Source: Alphaproteobacteria bacterium (GTDB taxonomy: Bacteria; Pseudomonadota; Alphaproteobacteria; Holosporales; JBOFFI01). Taken from it: a stretch of 64,000 nt of DNA. The notes under the pieces are model-generated. The model was not told where the DNA came from, ran no database searches, and saw only the letters and a program-made list of their open reading frames with translations. The number at the start of each line of letters is the position of its first letter. The first letter of the stretch is position 1. The position numbers were made by a program, and so were the translations under genes. Location: NCBI GenBank assembly GCA_051648545.1, contig JBOFFI010000044.1:5797-69796 (forward strand), in the 5' to 3' direction. Below are positions 31,486 to 41,552 of the stretch, in pieces.

Positions 31486-32010
31486 ATGGCTGATAAGAAA
31501 AAGAAGAATGGAGCGGTGCCACCGCAGGAAACTGAAGTTTCAGGAACAGAAGAACAAACCCAAGGCATTGCGATTAATGCTCAATATATTAAGGATCTTT
31601 CTTTTGAAAATCCCAATCCCATTGAAAACCTAGTGAATCAAGAAACGACAAGCTCTAGCACGGTTAACATCGAAGTGAGCGGACAGCACTTGACAGAACA
31701 ATCTTTTGAAGTGAGTTTGAAAATCAAAGCAAAGGTTGAGCGGAGTCAAAAATCTGTTTATTTAATTGAGCTGGACTATGCAGGTGTTTTCACGCTATCT
31801 GGGTTTCCCGATGATGTGATGCGTTTGATTCTTTTTGTAGAATGCCCCCGTTTGTTGTTTCCTTTTGCCCGAGCTGTTGTCTCAAGGGTGACGCAGGAAA
31901 GCGGGTTTCCACCTTTGTTTCTCAAACCAGTTGATTTTGCTGAATTACTCCGTCAGCGCCTAGAAGAAGAAGCGGAGCAGGGGAAAACCAAAGCGCAACA
32001 AAAGCATTAA
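31486..32010 (+). CDS. secB: protein-export chaperone SecB
   Basis: INAQYIKDLSFENPN and FVECPRLLFPFARAVVSRVTQESGFPPLFLKPVDF are typical SecB blocks. Confidence 0.9.
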   Translation: MADKKKKNGAVPPQETEVSGTEEQTQGIAINAQYIKDLSFENPNPIENLVNQETTSSSTVNIEVSGQHLTEQSFEVSLKIKAKVERSQKSVYLIELDYAGVFTLSGFPDDVMRLILFVECPRLLFPFARAVVSRVTQESGFPPLFLKPVDFAELLRQRLEEEAEQGKTKAQQKH

Positions 32011-32058
32011 AATTTTAAACCTCAGTTTCATAAATTATGTGGGCGTTCAGCATTGGGC

Positions 32059-32078
32059 GCCCCGTTTGGGGCTTTTTT
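32059..32078 (+). terminator. rho-independent terminator of secB
   Basis: GCCCC-GTTT-GGGGC followed by TTTTTT. Confidence 0.6.
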
Positions 32079-32084
32079 CTTAGT

Positions 32085-32420
32085 TTATTCAGTGAGCAGC
32101 CTCATGTAATCCATGAATTTTTCAGAGCATTTTGCGTTGAATTTAAAAATAGCGGGCAGTTGATAGGGGTGGTTTGCAAGGATGAATTGTTCTAATTTAT
32201 CTATCAGACTTGTTGTTGTTTTAAATAACATATAGTGTTCATGGGCATGTTCCACGTTTCTTTCCAACAAATAAATAGACTTGCCATTGGGGATGATGTT
32301 TACGCAAACTGCTAATTTACTAAGGATGGCGGATTCTGCCAGTTGGTTTGCCTCTTGTTCTGTACTAACAGTTGTGTATAAGACCACAGCGCTTTTGTTT
32401 ATCAGCTCAGGACTTGCCAA
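32085..32420 (-). CDS. cutA: divalent-cation tolerance protein CutA
   Basis: 111-aa ORF with the CutA1 pattern (VVLYTTVSTEQEANQLAESAILSKLAVCVNIIP ... HPYQLPAI). Confidence 0.8.
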   Translation of the reverse strand: MASPELINKSAVVLYTTVSTEQEANQLAESAILSKLAVCVNIIPNGKSIYLLERNVEHAHEHYMLFKTTTSLIDKLEQFILANHPYQLPAIFKFNAKCSEKFMDYMRLLTE

Positions 32421-32494
32421 ATTAACATTTTTAATTTTCTGTATCTTACTTTTTAGGTCAAAAATTTTATACTTCCAATTTATAACTTGATTTG

Positions 32495-32866
32495 TTAGGG
32501 CATTACCACAGTTTTTTTCGAACCATTTTTATCCTCTGGCTTCTTGGTCGTGCCTACAAAAAATTCTTGGAGTTTTTCCTGCGTTGTTTTCCAAGCTTCA
32601 GCTACATTTTCTCCAAAATGGGAAGATTTTTCGTAGGGAGGTGTGAAGGCGCCTGTTATCGGATCTGCCTCAGATTCTTGAGAATTTTCTCCCATTCTTC
32701 TGAGCTCTTTTAATGGATTTCCTAAGGCAGCTCCTTTGGGGCTAAAAAATTTGGGGAATACTTGCTGTGCAGCAGAATTTTCAGAGGGTGGCTCTGAGTT
32801 CCCTTCTGTTGAAAATGCTATAGAAGTTAAAAAACAGGCAAATAGTAGGCTATATTTTTTTTTCAT
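32495..32866 (-). CDS. small secreted hypothetical protein
   Basis: 123-aa ORF with signal peptide MKKKYSLLFACFLTSIAFS, then a polar low-complexity sequence. It is flanked by a very AT-rich spacer. Confidence 0.5.
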   Translation of the reverse strand: MKKKYSLLFACFLTSIAFSTEGNSEPPSENSAAQQVFPKFFSPKGAALGNPLKELRRMGENSQESEADPITGAFTPPYEKSSHFGENVAEAWKTTQEKLQEFFVGTTKKPEDKNGSKKTVVMP

Positions 32867-33134
32867 CTGACAGGCTCCCTTGTGTCAAAAAATATACTAT
32901 ATTGAAATTATATGATAATAATTATTAACAAAAAGTAAAAAATAAGAATATGAAAAAAATATTTAATTAAAAAAACGTAAATAAATTACAACTAAATATA
33001 TTTTAATTAATTTAAGTGATTAACCTGTTTCGCTTTTGCTAAATTTGGGGGGAAAAAGTTTTTTTTGGGGATTGTGTTCTGGTGAAAGGCACGTTACAAA
33101 GGGGGGAATATGCTGAGGTTAATTGTAGAGAATA

Positions 33135-34274
33135 ATGGATACGCTTTTTCATTTATTAGGTTATCTTATCCCGTTTTTGTTGGTGCTGACCGTGCTTGTG
33201 TTTGTTCACGAGTTGGGACACTATCTCGTGGCGCGCTATAATGGCGTGAAAGTTGAGGTTTTTTCAATTGGCTTTGGGCCAGAGCTTTTGGGATGGAATG
33301 ATAAGCGAGGAACACGCTGGAAGATCAGCCTCCTTCCCCTTGGTGGCTATGTTAAAATGTTTGGGGATGCAGATGCTTCAAGCAAACCAGATATAGAAAA
33401 ATTGGGGTCTCTCTCCCAAGACCTGAAAGATCATTCTTTGTTCTACAAAACGGTTTGGCAACGGATTGCGGTGACAGCAGCAGGGCCATTAGCTAATTAC
33501 CTGTTTGCGATTGTTATTTTTGCAGGGGTGTTTATGACCGTTGGAGAGCGGTATACGGTTCCTGTTTTAGGTAACGTGCTTCAGGAAAGTGCTGCAGCAT
33601 CAGCGGGCCTGAAGACAGGTGATCGGGTTTTGAAGCTCCAAGGGAGCCCCGTGAACCGCTTTGAAGAGATTGTCGACGTTGTGCGAGAAAGCCCAGGGAC
33701 TAGCTTGGCTTTTGAGATTCAAAGAGAAAGCGAAACGCTTCAACTGTCTGTGATGCCTGAGACGATTCATTTTCAAGACCGGTTTGGTTATACCCATCGT
33801 ATTGGGAGGCTTGGGGTTAGCTCAAGCGGGCAGATTGAATTTATTTCACAAAATCCCTTGATGGCCGTTGGAAAAGCCATTAGTGAGGTCTTTGTTATTT
33901 CTTGGAAAACCCTTGAAGCCGTTGGGCAGATGTTAACAGGCATGCGGTCAGGGGATGAAATTGGGGGTGTGCTGCGCATCGCGAAGATGTCTGGTGAGGT
34001 TGCGAGCCTTGGTGTTCCAACTTTTTTCTGGTTCATGGGGCTGCTTTCCATCAATTTGGGATTAATTAATCTTTTCCCCATTCCCATGCTGGATGGTGGG
34101 CACTTGCTTTTTTATGGGATTGAAGTGATTCGAGGCAAGCCTCTTTCGGAAAAAGCTCAAGAATGGGGGTTTCGTTTTGGCTTGTTTTGTGTGTTAAGTT
34201 TGGTTGTTTTTTCAACTTGGAATGATTTATCACAGCTTAAAGTATTTCATTTTTTTGTAGGGTTGTTTAAGTAA
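33135..34274 (+). CDS. rseP: RIP zinc metalloprotease RseP
   Basis: HELGHYLVAR near the N-terminus, a PDZ-like middle, and C-terminal NLFPIPMLDGGH. Confidence 0.9.
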   Translation: MDTLFHLLGYLIPFLLVLTVLVFVHELGHYLVARYNGVKVEVFSIGFGPELLGWNDKRGTRWKISLLPLGGYVKMFGDADASSKPDIEKLGSLSQDLKDHSLFYKTVWQRIAVTAAGPLANYLFAIVIFAGVFMTVGERYTVPVLGNVLQESAAASAGLKTGDRVLKLQGSPVNRFEEIVDVVRESPGTSLAFEIQRESETLQLSVMPETIHFQDRFGYTHRIGRLGVSSSGQIEFISQNPLMAVGKAISEVFVISWKTLEAVGQMLTGMRSGDEIGGVLRIAKMSGEVASLGVPTFFWFMGLLSINLGLINLFPIPMLDGGHLLFYGIEVIRGKPLSEKAQEWGFRFGLFCVLSLVVFSTWNDLSQLKVFHFFVGLFK

Positions 34275-34366
34275 CTAGATCAATTAGAAAAACTGGAGGC
34301 TGAGAGCTTCATTTCGCTGTTTTCTCATGAGGGGAAAAAAACAGGTAAAAGGTAGAAAAAGGTTTT

Positions 34367-36688
34367 ATGAGATATTTTAGTCAATTCTTTCGGGTATTTT
34401 TTATTTTCAGCTATGTGGGTTGTTTTGCATCGTTTGGCTATGCTGGGATGGTTCAAAAAATTCAAGTTGAAGGAAATGTTAGGGTTGATAAACAGACGGT
34501 TTTATCTCACTTAACCTTCAAGCAAGGAGAAGATGTGGGGCCTGAACGGCTTGATGCTGCATTGAAAACGCTTTTTGCGACGGGGCTTTTTGCAGATGTT
34601 GTTTTTCAGGTTCGTGGAAACACCTTATGGATTAAAGTGGTTGAGAACCGTATGATCAACCAAGTTGCTTTTGAAGGCAATGACAAGGTTACGGATGAAA
34701 TTTTTAAAGAAGAAATTAAGATAAAACCGCGGGAGGTTTATACACCTGCTCGGGTTCAAGAGGCTGCCCAAAAAATTCGAGAAATTTATAGGTTAAAAGG
34801 TCGTTTTGCGGCGAAAGTTGAGCCTAAAATTATAGAAAAAGACCAAAATCGTGTTGATTTGATTTTTGAAATTGAAGAAGGTCCATCCACAGGAGTTCGG
34901 CGAATCGCGTTTGTGGGAAATCATCGTTTTAGCGACAGCAGGTTGGAATCCGTTATTTTGACGAAAGAGAGCCGTTGGTATCGCTTTTTTACCAATGATG
35001 ACACCTATGACCCAGACCGGATTGCCTATGACAAAGAGCTGTTAAGGCGCTATTATCTCGCAAATGGGTATCCAGATTTTCAGGTTATCTCTGCTGTTAC
35101 AGAGCTTTCGTCTGATCGGCAAGATTTTTACATCACCTTTACTCTTGATGAAGGAAAACCTTACCATTTTGGTCAAATCAAAGTTGATTCTGCGTTATCG
35201 CGGGTTAAGCAAAAACTTCCTGAGCTTCTTAAAAATGTTTCGTTTTCTGCAGGAAATCTGTTTAATAATCGAGAAATTGAGAGAAGTGTTCAGCTTTTTA
35301 CAAAAATTCTTTCTGAGGCAGGATTTGTCTTTTTAGATGTGAAGCCAGAGGTTATTCCCAATAAACAAACTCAATTGGTAGATGTGACATTTCAGATTGT
35401 GGAAGCACCCAAGGTTTACGTCAACCGTATCCATATTGAAGGCAACACGGGGACTGATGATGATGTGATCCGCCGTGAATTTCGTTTTGCTGAAGGAGAC
35501 CCTATCAGCCAGGCTAAACTTAAGCGTTCCCAAGAACGTCTTGAAAATTTAGATTTTTTTGAAAAAGTTGAGATTGATCAAGAAGAAACAGCGGTTCCAG
35601 ATCGTCAAAACATGCGTGTTAAGGTGCAGGATAAATCTACCGGACAGCTTATGTTTGGAGGTGGTTATTCCACGAGTGATGGTGTGTTGGGAGAAGTGCG
35701 TTTCAAGGAACGTAATTTCCTTGGAAAAGGTCAAGAGCTGCGCTCTAACGTCTTTCTTGCAAAGCGCCGCCGAGAATTTTTAATCGGTTTCACAGAGCCT
35801 TATTTCTTAGACAGGCGCCTTGCAGCGGGCTTTGATGTTTATCGGACAAGCACCAAACAAGATACAAAAAAAACCATGTCGGGGGGGTATAGCCAGCGCG
35901 CAACGGGTCTTGCGCTTCACACCGGTTATGAAATTTCAGAATCTTTGGGGCAAAGCTGGACCTACCGCATTCAATCAGAACGTATCGGTGGTATAGATCC
36001 TGCTTCATCATCTTATGTGAGAGCGCTTGAGGGTTCGTTTACCCTATCTTCTCTGGAGCACGTGTTGTTCTATGATAAACGGGATAGCTCTGTTTTTCCA
36101 ACTGAAGGATATTATGCTTCCATGGCGAATACGTTTGCGGGGCTTGGTGGGAATATTCGCTATTTAAACACCACGTTTTCAGCAGGATATTTCATTCCTT
36201 TGGATCACGATCATGAATGGATTTGCAACCCGCGGATTAAATATGGCCTCTTAACGCCTCTTGGGAAAAAGATTCGCCTTTCGGATCGTTTTTTCCTTGG
36301 GGGTGGCTCTTTTCCTGGGTTTGCAGAATCGGGGATAGGTCCTCGGGATATGATAACGGGAGATGCGTTGGGGGGACGTAAACTTTTCACAGCAACCGTA
36401 GATGTAACGTTTCCCCTTGGTTTGCCCAAAGAGCTTGACATTCGTGGGCTTGCGTTTACGGAATGGGGGAGCGTGTGGGATTCTGGGGAAACTGACCCAC
36501 CTCCTTTACCTGCTCCGGCACCGCCACCAATCCCAAATAATTTTAACCTAAGAGGCAGTGTTGGGGTTGGGCTTATCTGGCGTTCTCCTTTTGGTACCAT
36601 TGGTGTAACGTATTCCAAAGTGTTGAAACACTTGAAAGGTGTGGACCGTAAAGAATCCTTCAGAATCAATATTGGTACAGAATTTTAA
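34367..36688 (+). CDS. bamA: outer membrane protein assembly factor BamA
   Basis: 773-aa ORF with POTRA-like repeats (IQVEGNVRVDKQTV.., IAFVGNHRFSD.., IHIEGNTGTDDDVIRREF) and a C-terminal beta-barrel ending ..RINIGTEF. Confidence 0.93.
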   Translation: MRYFSQFFRVFFIFSYVGCFASFGYAGMVQKIQVEGNVRVDKQTVLSHLTFKQGEDVGPERLDAALKTLFATGLFADVVFQVRGNTLWIKVVENRMINQVAFEGNDKVTDEIFKEEIKIKPREVYTPARVQEAAQKIREIYRLKGRFAAKVEPKIIEKDQNRVDLIFEIEEGPSTGVRRIAFVGNHRFSDSRLESVILTKESRWYRFFTNDDTYDPDRIAYDKELLRRYYLANGYPDFQVISAVTELSSDRQDFYITFTLDEGKPYHFGQIKVDSALSRVKQKLPELLKNVSFSAGNLFNNREIERSVQLFTKILSEAGFVFLDVKPEVIPNKQTQLVDVTFQIVEAPKVYVNRIHIEGNTGTDDDVIRREFRFAEGDPISQAKLKRSQERLENLDFFEKVEIDQEETAVPDRQNMRVKVQDKSTGQLMFGGGYSTSDGVLGEVRFKERNFLGKGQELRSNVFLAKRRREFLIGFTEPYFLDRRLAAGFDVYRTSTKQDTKKTMSGGYSQRATGLALHTGYEISESLGQSWTYRIQSERIGGIDPASSSYVRALEGSFTLSSLEHVLFYDKRDSSVFPTEGYYASMANTFAGLGGNIRYLNTTFSAGYFIPLDHDHEWICNPRIKYGLLTPLGKKIRLSDRFFLGGGSFPGFAESGIGPRDMITGDALGGRKLFTATVDVTFPLGLPKELDIRGLAFTEWGSVWDSGETDPPPLPAPAPPPIPNNFNLRGSVGVGLIWRSPFGTIGVTYSKVLKHLKGVDRKESFRINIGTEF

Positions 36689-36732
36689 TGTATTATAAAC
36701 TATAATTATGAATAAAAAAAAGGTGAGGAATC

Positions 36733-37329
36733 ATGAAAAATAAAACTCTTTTAGTCGCAGCATTTTTGTTGAGTGTATCTCCAGTTTTGGGAGACACACC
36801 TCCTGCTGTTCCGGCGGTGATGTTTGTGGACAACAATCAAGTTCTTGCTGAATCTGCAGCGATGCGTGATGTTCAAAATCAAATTGAAAAAAAACGTGGT
36901 GAGTTTCAAAAAGAGATCTCAGGAAAAGAGACGTCTCTGCGTCAAGAAAATGAAAAATTGATGGCCCAGGAAAAAAAATTGAGCGCTGATCAATTTAAAG
37001 TTGAACAAAAGAAATTTGAAGAAAAAGTTGAAAAAATTAAAGGCCTTGTTGAGTCTCGACGTCGCCAACTGGAAATTGCTTATACCCAAGCGATGGAAAA
37101 AATTCAAAAATCTTTCCAAGCTGCGGTGCAAAAAATTGTACAAAAAAATAAAGCAGCGGTGGTGCTTCAAAAAGCAGCAGCCCTTTGGATTGCTGATCCT
37201 AAGCTAGATTTGACAGCTGAAGTGGTTACTTTATTGAACAAGGACGTGTCAAAGCTCAAAGTTGTATTCCCAAGTGAACAGGACGCTTCTGTGATGCCTG
37301 AAAACCCTTTGGGATCTAAAAAACAGTAG
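36733..37329 (+). CDS. skp: OmpH/Skp family periplasmic chaperone
   Basis: Signal peptide plus a Lys/Glu/Gln-rich coiled region. Conserved position between bamA and lpxD. Confidence 0.8.
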   Translation: MKNKTLLVAAFLLSVSPVLGDTPPAVPAVMFVDNNQVLAESAAMRDVQNQIEKKRGEFQKEISGKETSLRQENEKLMAQEKKLSADQFKVEQKKFEEKVEKIKGLVESRRRQLEIAYTQAMEKIQKSFQAAVQKIVQKNKAAVVLQKAAALWIADPKLDLTAEVVTLLNKDVSKLKVVFPSEQDASVMPENPLGSKKQ

Positions 37330-37336
37330 GAAATTT

Positions 37337-38374
37337 ATGGTCAATCAGCGCTTTTTTAAAAGAACAGGCCCTTTTGCCCTAAAAGAGTTGTCTGTAATTG
37401 CTGAGGCTGAATTGTTTCGGGGAGATGCCCAGGCTTGTTATGAAGATGTTGCTTCTTTGCAGGAAGCTGAAGGTGTGCACGTCTCCGTTCTTCATAACCC
37501 GAAATATATTAATAGCGCTTTAGGGGAAACAAAAACCGGCGTTTGCATTGTCAAAAAAGCGTGGGTTGAGTTGCTTCCCCAAGGTGTTGCGATACTGGTT
37601 TCTGAAAATCCTTACCGTGCTTTTGCCAAGGTGGCTCAAGCGTTTTACCCTCAAGAGGCTTTTTTAGCCTTTAGAAACCCCTATGCCTGGGTTGATGAAA
37701 CAGCTTCTTTTGGGGAGGGCTGTTTTATCGCTCAAGGTGCTGTTATTGAAGCAGGAGCTGTTTTGGGAGCCCGTTGCTATATAGGTCCCAACAGTGTTGT
37801 TGGTGCTGGCGTTGTGATGGGGGATGGATGTGTGCTTCAAGCCAATGTCACCCTTACCCACGCTATCCTAGGGGACGAGGTTTTCATTAAGCCGGGGGCG
37901 CGAATTGGTCAGCGGGGTTTTGGATTTTCTATGGAAGATCCAGAGGCGATGCGTTCCCATATATCCGTTCCCCAGCTGGGAATTGTGCGGATTGGGAAAG
38001 GTGTTGAAATTGGGGCCAACACAACCATTGACCGGGGAAGCCTGCAAGATACGGTTATTGAAGATTGGGTGAGAATCGATAATTTGGTTCAAATTGCCCA
38101 TAATGTGCATGTGGGTAAAGGATCTGTTCTGGTTGCCCAGGTGGGTATCGCAGGGAGCACCCATGTTGGAGATTTTTCTGTGTTTGGAGGGCAAGTTGGT
38201 TTGGCAGGGCACCTTAAAATTGCTCCTGGAACCCAGGTTGCCGCAAAAAGTGGGATTATCCGAGACACAACGCCAGGGGAGATACTGGCGGGAATTCCTG
38301 CTGTTCCCATCCAAGAATGGCGCAGGCAATCTGTTAAATTGAGAAAATTAGGAAAGAAGGATTCCGAAATATGA
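37337..38374 (+). CDS. lpxD: UDP-3-O-acylglucosamine N-acyltransferase
   Basis: 345-aa ORF with hexapeptide-repeat beta-helix. bamA-skp-lpxD-fabZ synteny. Confidence 0.92.
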   Translation: MVNQRFFKRTGPFALKELSVIAEAELFRGDAQACYEDVASLQEAEGVHVSVLHNPKYINSALGETKTGVCIVKKAWVELLPQGVAILVSENPYRAFAKVAQAFYPQEAFLAFRNPYAWVDETASFGEGCFIAQGAVIEAGAVLGARCYIGPNSVVGAGVVMGDGCVLQANVTLTHAILGDEVFIKPGARIGQRGFGFSMEDPEAMRSHISVPQLGIVRIGKGVEIGANTTIDRGSLQDTVIEDWVRIDNLVQIAHNVHVGKGSVLVAQVGIAGSTHVGDFSVFGGQVGLAGHLKIAPGTQVAAKSGIIRDTTPGEILAGIPAVPIQEWRRQSVKLRKLGKKDSEI

Positions 38375-38859
38375 GTCAGCTTGAGAAAGACAAACCTCAA
38401 GGGAGTGTAGGCCCAAACGCAGAAACGTTATCTGTGGAAGAAATCATGGAATTTTTACCCCATCGATATCCCATGCTTTTGGTGGATCGTTTGGAAGATA
38501 TTGTATTGGGCGAGGGGGCAACAGGGATCAAAAGTGTTACCTTTAATGAATGGTTTTTTCAGGGGCATTTTCCTGAAAAGCCTGTTATGCCGGGTGTTTT
38601 AATCATTGAAGCCATGGCCCAAACCGCGGGTGTTTTAGTGATGAAATCTTTGCATACGCCTGTTAATCACCATTTAGTTTATTTTATGAGTATCGAAGAA
38701 GCACGCTTTCGAAAACCGGTTTTTCCTGGAAGCACATTGAAAATGCGTGTTCAAAAGCAACGGGCCAGGGGGCAGGTTTGGCGATTTGAAGGGAAGGCCT
38801 ATGTGGGGGAAGATCTTGTGGCAGAAGCGGTTTATACAGCTATGATTACACAAAAATAG
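38371..38859 (+). CDS. fabZ: 3-hydroxyacyl-ACP dehydratase FabZ
   Basis: LPHRYPMLLVDR and GHFPEKPVMPGVLIIEAMAQ motifs. 4-nt overlap with lpxD. Confidence 0.93.
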   Translation: MSQLEKDKPQGSVGPNAETLSVEEIMEFLPHRYPMLLVDRLEDIVLGEGATGIKSVTFNEWFFQGHFPEKPVMPGVLIIEAMAQTAGVLVMKSLHTPVNHHLVYFMSIEEARFRKPVFPGSTLKMRVQKQRARGQVWRFEGKAYVGEDLVAEAVYTAMITQK

Positions 38860-38963
38860 CAAAATTACCAAATTGGCAAATTCAAAAAATCCTTGACAGC
38901 TCGGGGAGACTGACTCACCTTGGATTATGTTTAGATTCATAAAATTTTTGGGGTTGTGGTGCG

Positions 38964-40865
38964 ATGGCTGTTATAACCTTTTCGGATGGTAAATCCTTAT
39001 CCCTAGAAGGCCTTTTTTCAGGCATTGATGTATTGAAAGCCCGGGAAGATCTGCGGCTTTATGATTATGTAGCGCTCCGGGTGGAGGGAAAGCTTTATGA
39101 TTTGACCCGTAGGTGGTCTCAAGATTTAACCTGCGTTTTGGTCTCAAAAGAAGAGCCAGATGGGTTAGACGTCTTGCGCCATGATTATGCTCACCTTTTG
39201 GCTGAGGCCGTGAAAGAGCTTTTCCCCGAGACCCAAGTGACCATCGGTCCTTCTATCGAAAATGGTTTTTACTATGATTTTTATCGGGCCATCCCTTTTA
39301 CCCCAGAGGATTTTCCTAAAATCGAATCCCGGATGCAGGAGATTATTAAACGGAAAGAAGCCATCGTTCGGGAAGAGTGGTCCAGAGAACAAGCTATTCA
39401 GTTTTTTAAGGACCAGGGAGAAGCTTTTAAAGTTGAGCTGATCCAGGCTATTCCTGAGGGGGATGTCTTAAGTGTCTATCGTCAAGGAAATTTTGTAGAT
39501 TTATGCCGAGGGCCTCACCTGCCTTCAACGGGTTGGCTTGGCAAAGGCTTTAAACTGACGAAAATCGCAGGGGCCTATTGGCGGGGTGACTCCAAAAACC
39601 CTATGCTTCAGCGAATTTATGGAACCGCGTGGGCAAACGAGGCAGATTTAGCGGCTTACCTCACCCAGCTGGAAGAAGCAGAAAAGCGGGATCACCGTCG
39701 CTTGGGAAAAGAGATGCAGCTGTTCCATCTCCAAGAAGAAGCGCCAGGAAGTGTGTTTTGGCACCCCAAAGGATGGAGCCTTTATTTAGCGATAGAGGCC
39801 TACCTTCGAAAAAAATTGACGCACCATGGCTATCAGGAGGTTCGAACCCCCCAGCTATTAGATCGAAAGCTGTGGGAAGCCTCAGGGCACTGGGAGAAAT
39901 TCCGGGAGGCCATGTTTACCTGCGAGACAGATGCTGAGGAAGTTTATGCTCTCAAACCCATGAACTGCCCTTGTCACGTCCAAATTTTTCGTCAGGGCTT
40001 GAAGAGTTATCGAGATTTGCCGTTGCGTATGGCAGAATTTGGGTCTTGCATTCGCAATGAGCCTTCTGGGGCCTTGATGGGGCTGATGCGGGTGCGCTCA
40101 TTTGTGCAAGATGATGCTCACATTTTTTGTACTCAAGGGCAAATCGTTTCTGAAACCCAGGCTTTTTGTGCACTGCTCAAGGAAGTCTATCAAGAATTTG
40201 GGTTTCAGGATATTTCCGTCCGTTTTTCAGATCGCCCTGAGCGGCGCGCAGGAGAGGATGCCTTATGGGATAAAGCAGAAGAGGCGCTTCGGGCTGGGTC
40301 TGAAGCCTCAGGGCTTTCCTATACCCTCAACCCTGGGGAGGGGGCCTTCTATGGGCCTAAGCTTGAATTTGTGTTGAAGGATGCCTTGGGGCGCTCTTGG
40401 CAGTGTGGAACCCTCCAGGTTGATTTTGTGCTTCCTGAGCGTTTGGGAGCATCTTACATTGGGGAAGATGGGCAAAAACACCGCCCTGTGATGTTGCATC
40501 GCGCAATTTTAGGATCTTTTGAGCGTTTTATCGGGATTTTGATTGAACATTATGGCGGGCAATTTCCCCTTTGGTTGGCGCCTGTTCAAGTGGCGGTTGC
40601 GACCATTACCCAAGAAGCAGACGCTTATGGACGAGACATTTTTGAACACCTTAAACAAAGGGGAGTTCGCGCTGAACTCGACCTTCGTAATGAAAAAATT
40701 ACCTATAAGATCAGGGAATTGAGCTTGCAAAAAATCCCGATGATTGCTGTGGTGGGCAAGCGCGAAGCAGAAGAAGGGACTGTTGCGATCCGACATTTCG
40801 GGACAGCGCAGCAGGAGGTGATCTCTTTGGCGGAATTATTGGAGCGGTTTAAAAATCAGCCCTAG
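38964..40865 (+). CDS. thrS: threonine--tRNA ligase
   Basis: 633-aa ORF with TGS-like N-terminus, class II core ([30 protein letters not shown]; FYGPKLEF) and an anticodon-binding C-terminus. Confidence 0.96.
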   Translation: MAVITFSDGKSLSLEGLFSGIDVLKAREDLRLYDYVALRVEGKLYDLTRRWSQDLTCVLVSKEEPDGLDVLRHDYAHLLAEAVKELFPETQVTIGPSIENGFYYDFYRAIPFTPEDFPKIESRMQEIIKRKEAIVREEWSREQAIQFFKDQGEAFKVELIQAIPEGDVLSVYRQGNFVDLCRGPHLPSTGWLGKGFKLTKIAGAYWRGDSKNPMLQRIYGTAWANEADLAAYLTQLEEAEKRDHRRLGKEMQLFHLQEEAPGSVFWHPKGWSLYLAIEAYLRKKLTHHGYQEVRTPQLLDRKLWEASGHWEKFREAMFTCETDAEEVYALKPMNCPCHVQIFRQGLKSYRDLPLRMAEFGSCIRNEPSGALMGLMRVRSFVQDDAHIFCTQGQIVSETQAFCALLKEVYQEFGFQDISVRFSDRPERRAGEDALWDKAEEALRAGSEASGLSYTLNPGEGAFYGPKLEFVLKDALGRSWQCGTLQVDFVLPERLGASYIGEDGQKHRPVMLHRAILGSFERFIGILIEHYGGQFPLWLAPVQVAVATITQEADAYGRDIFEHLKQRGVRAELDLRNEKITYKIRELSLQKIPMIAVVGKREAEEGTVAIRHFGTAQQEVISLAELLERFKNQP

Positions 40866-40949
40866 GGGAACCTTTTTTCTAGAGAAGACTTTATTTCCTA
40901 TGTTTTTCTCAACCAAACTATGCTACTAAAGAAGCTCATTTGTAACAAC

Positions 40950-41531
40950 ATGAAAGGCGATCGCTTGACCCAATTTACTCCTAGAAATTCCCCTGGTTCG
41001 AATACTTCTAATGCAGCTAAGGGGGGGATGCGCATTAATGAACAGATTCAAGCTTCCCAGGTTCGATTGATCGACGCTGCTGGGGACATGTTGGGCGTTG
41101 TGACCCGAGCCGTTGCCCTTCAAAAAGCTAAAGATGCAGGGCTTGATTTGGCTGAAATTTCTCCCCAATCTGATCCGCCAGTTTGCAGAATCTTGGACTA
41201 TGGGAAACATAAATACGAAGAACAGAAAAAGCGTTCAGAGCTTAAGAAAAAACAAAAAATTATTGAGGTTAAGGAAATCCAGATACGCCCTGGCATTGAG
41301 CAGCATGACTATTTGGTGAAGCTGCGTAATGCAGAACGTTTTCTCAAAGAAGGCAATAAAGTTAAGGTAACGCTCCAATTCCGAGGACGCGAAATGGCTC
41401 ACCAAGAACATGGTTTGAGCGTTTTAGAACGTCTGCAAGCAGATATTGCGGAGGTCGGCAAGGCGGAACTCGCACCTAAGCTGGAAGGGAAACGCTTGAT
41501 GATGGTATTGGTTCCTAGAACAATGGCCTAA
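40950..41531 (+). CDS. infC: translation initiation factor IF-3
   Basis: RINEQIQASQVRLIDAAGDMLGVV and the C-terminal domain KEIQIRPGIEQHDYLVKLRNAERFLKEGNKVKV. The start is uncertain (ATG 40920, 40950, 41028, or a non-canonical start as in many infC genes). Confidence 0.85.
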   Translation: MKGDRLTQFTPRNSPGSNTSNAAKGGMRINEQIQASQVRLIDAAGDMLGVVTRAVALQKAKDAGLDLAEISPQSDPPVCRILDYGKHKYEEQKKRSELKKKQKIIEVKEIQIRPGIEQHDYLVKLRNAERFLKEGNKVKVTLQFRGREMAHQEHGLSVLERLQADIAEVGKAELAPKLEGKRLMMVLVPRTMA

Positions 41532-41552
41532 GGGTTTGATTGGGGAAGCGCG

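Noticed and set aside
36211-38400. Antisense ORFs of 152, 153 and 103 aa within bamA and lpxD.
   Set aside because: They overlap well-supported genes. The hexapeptide-repeat gene lpxD is known to generate long open antisense frames.
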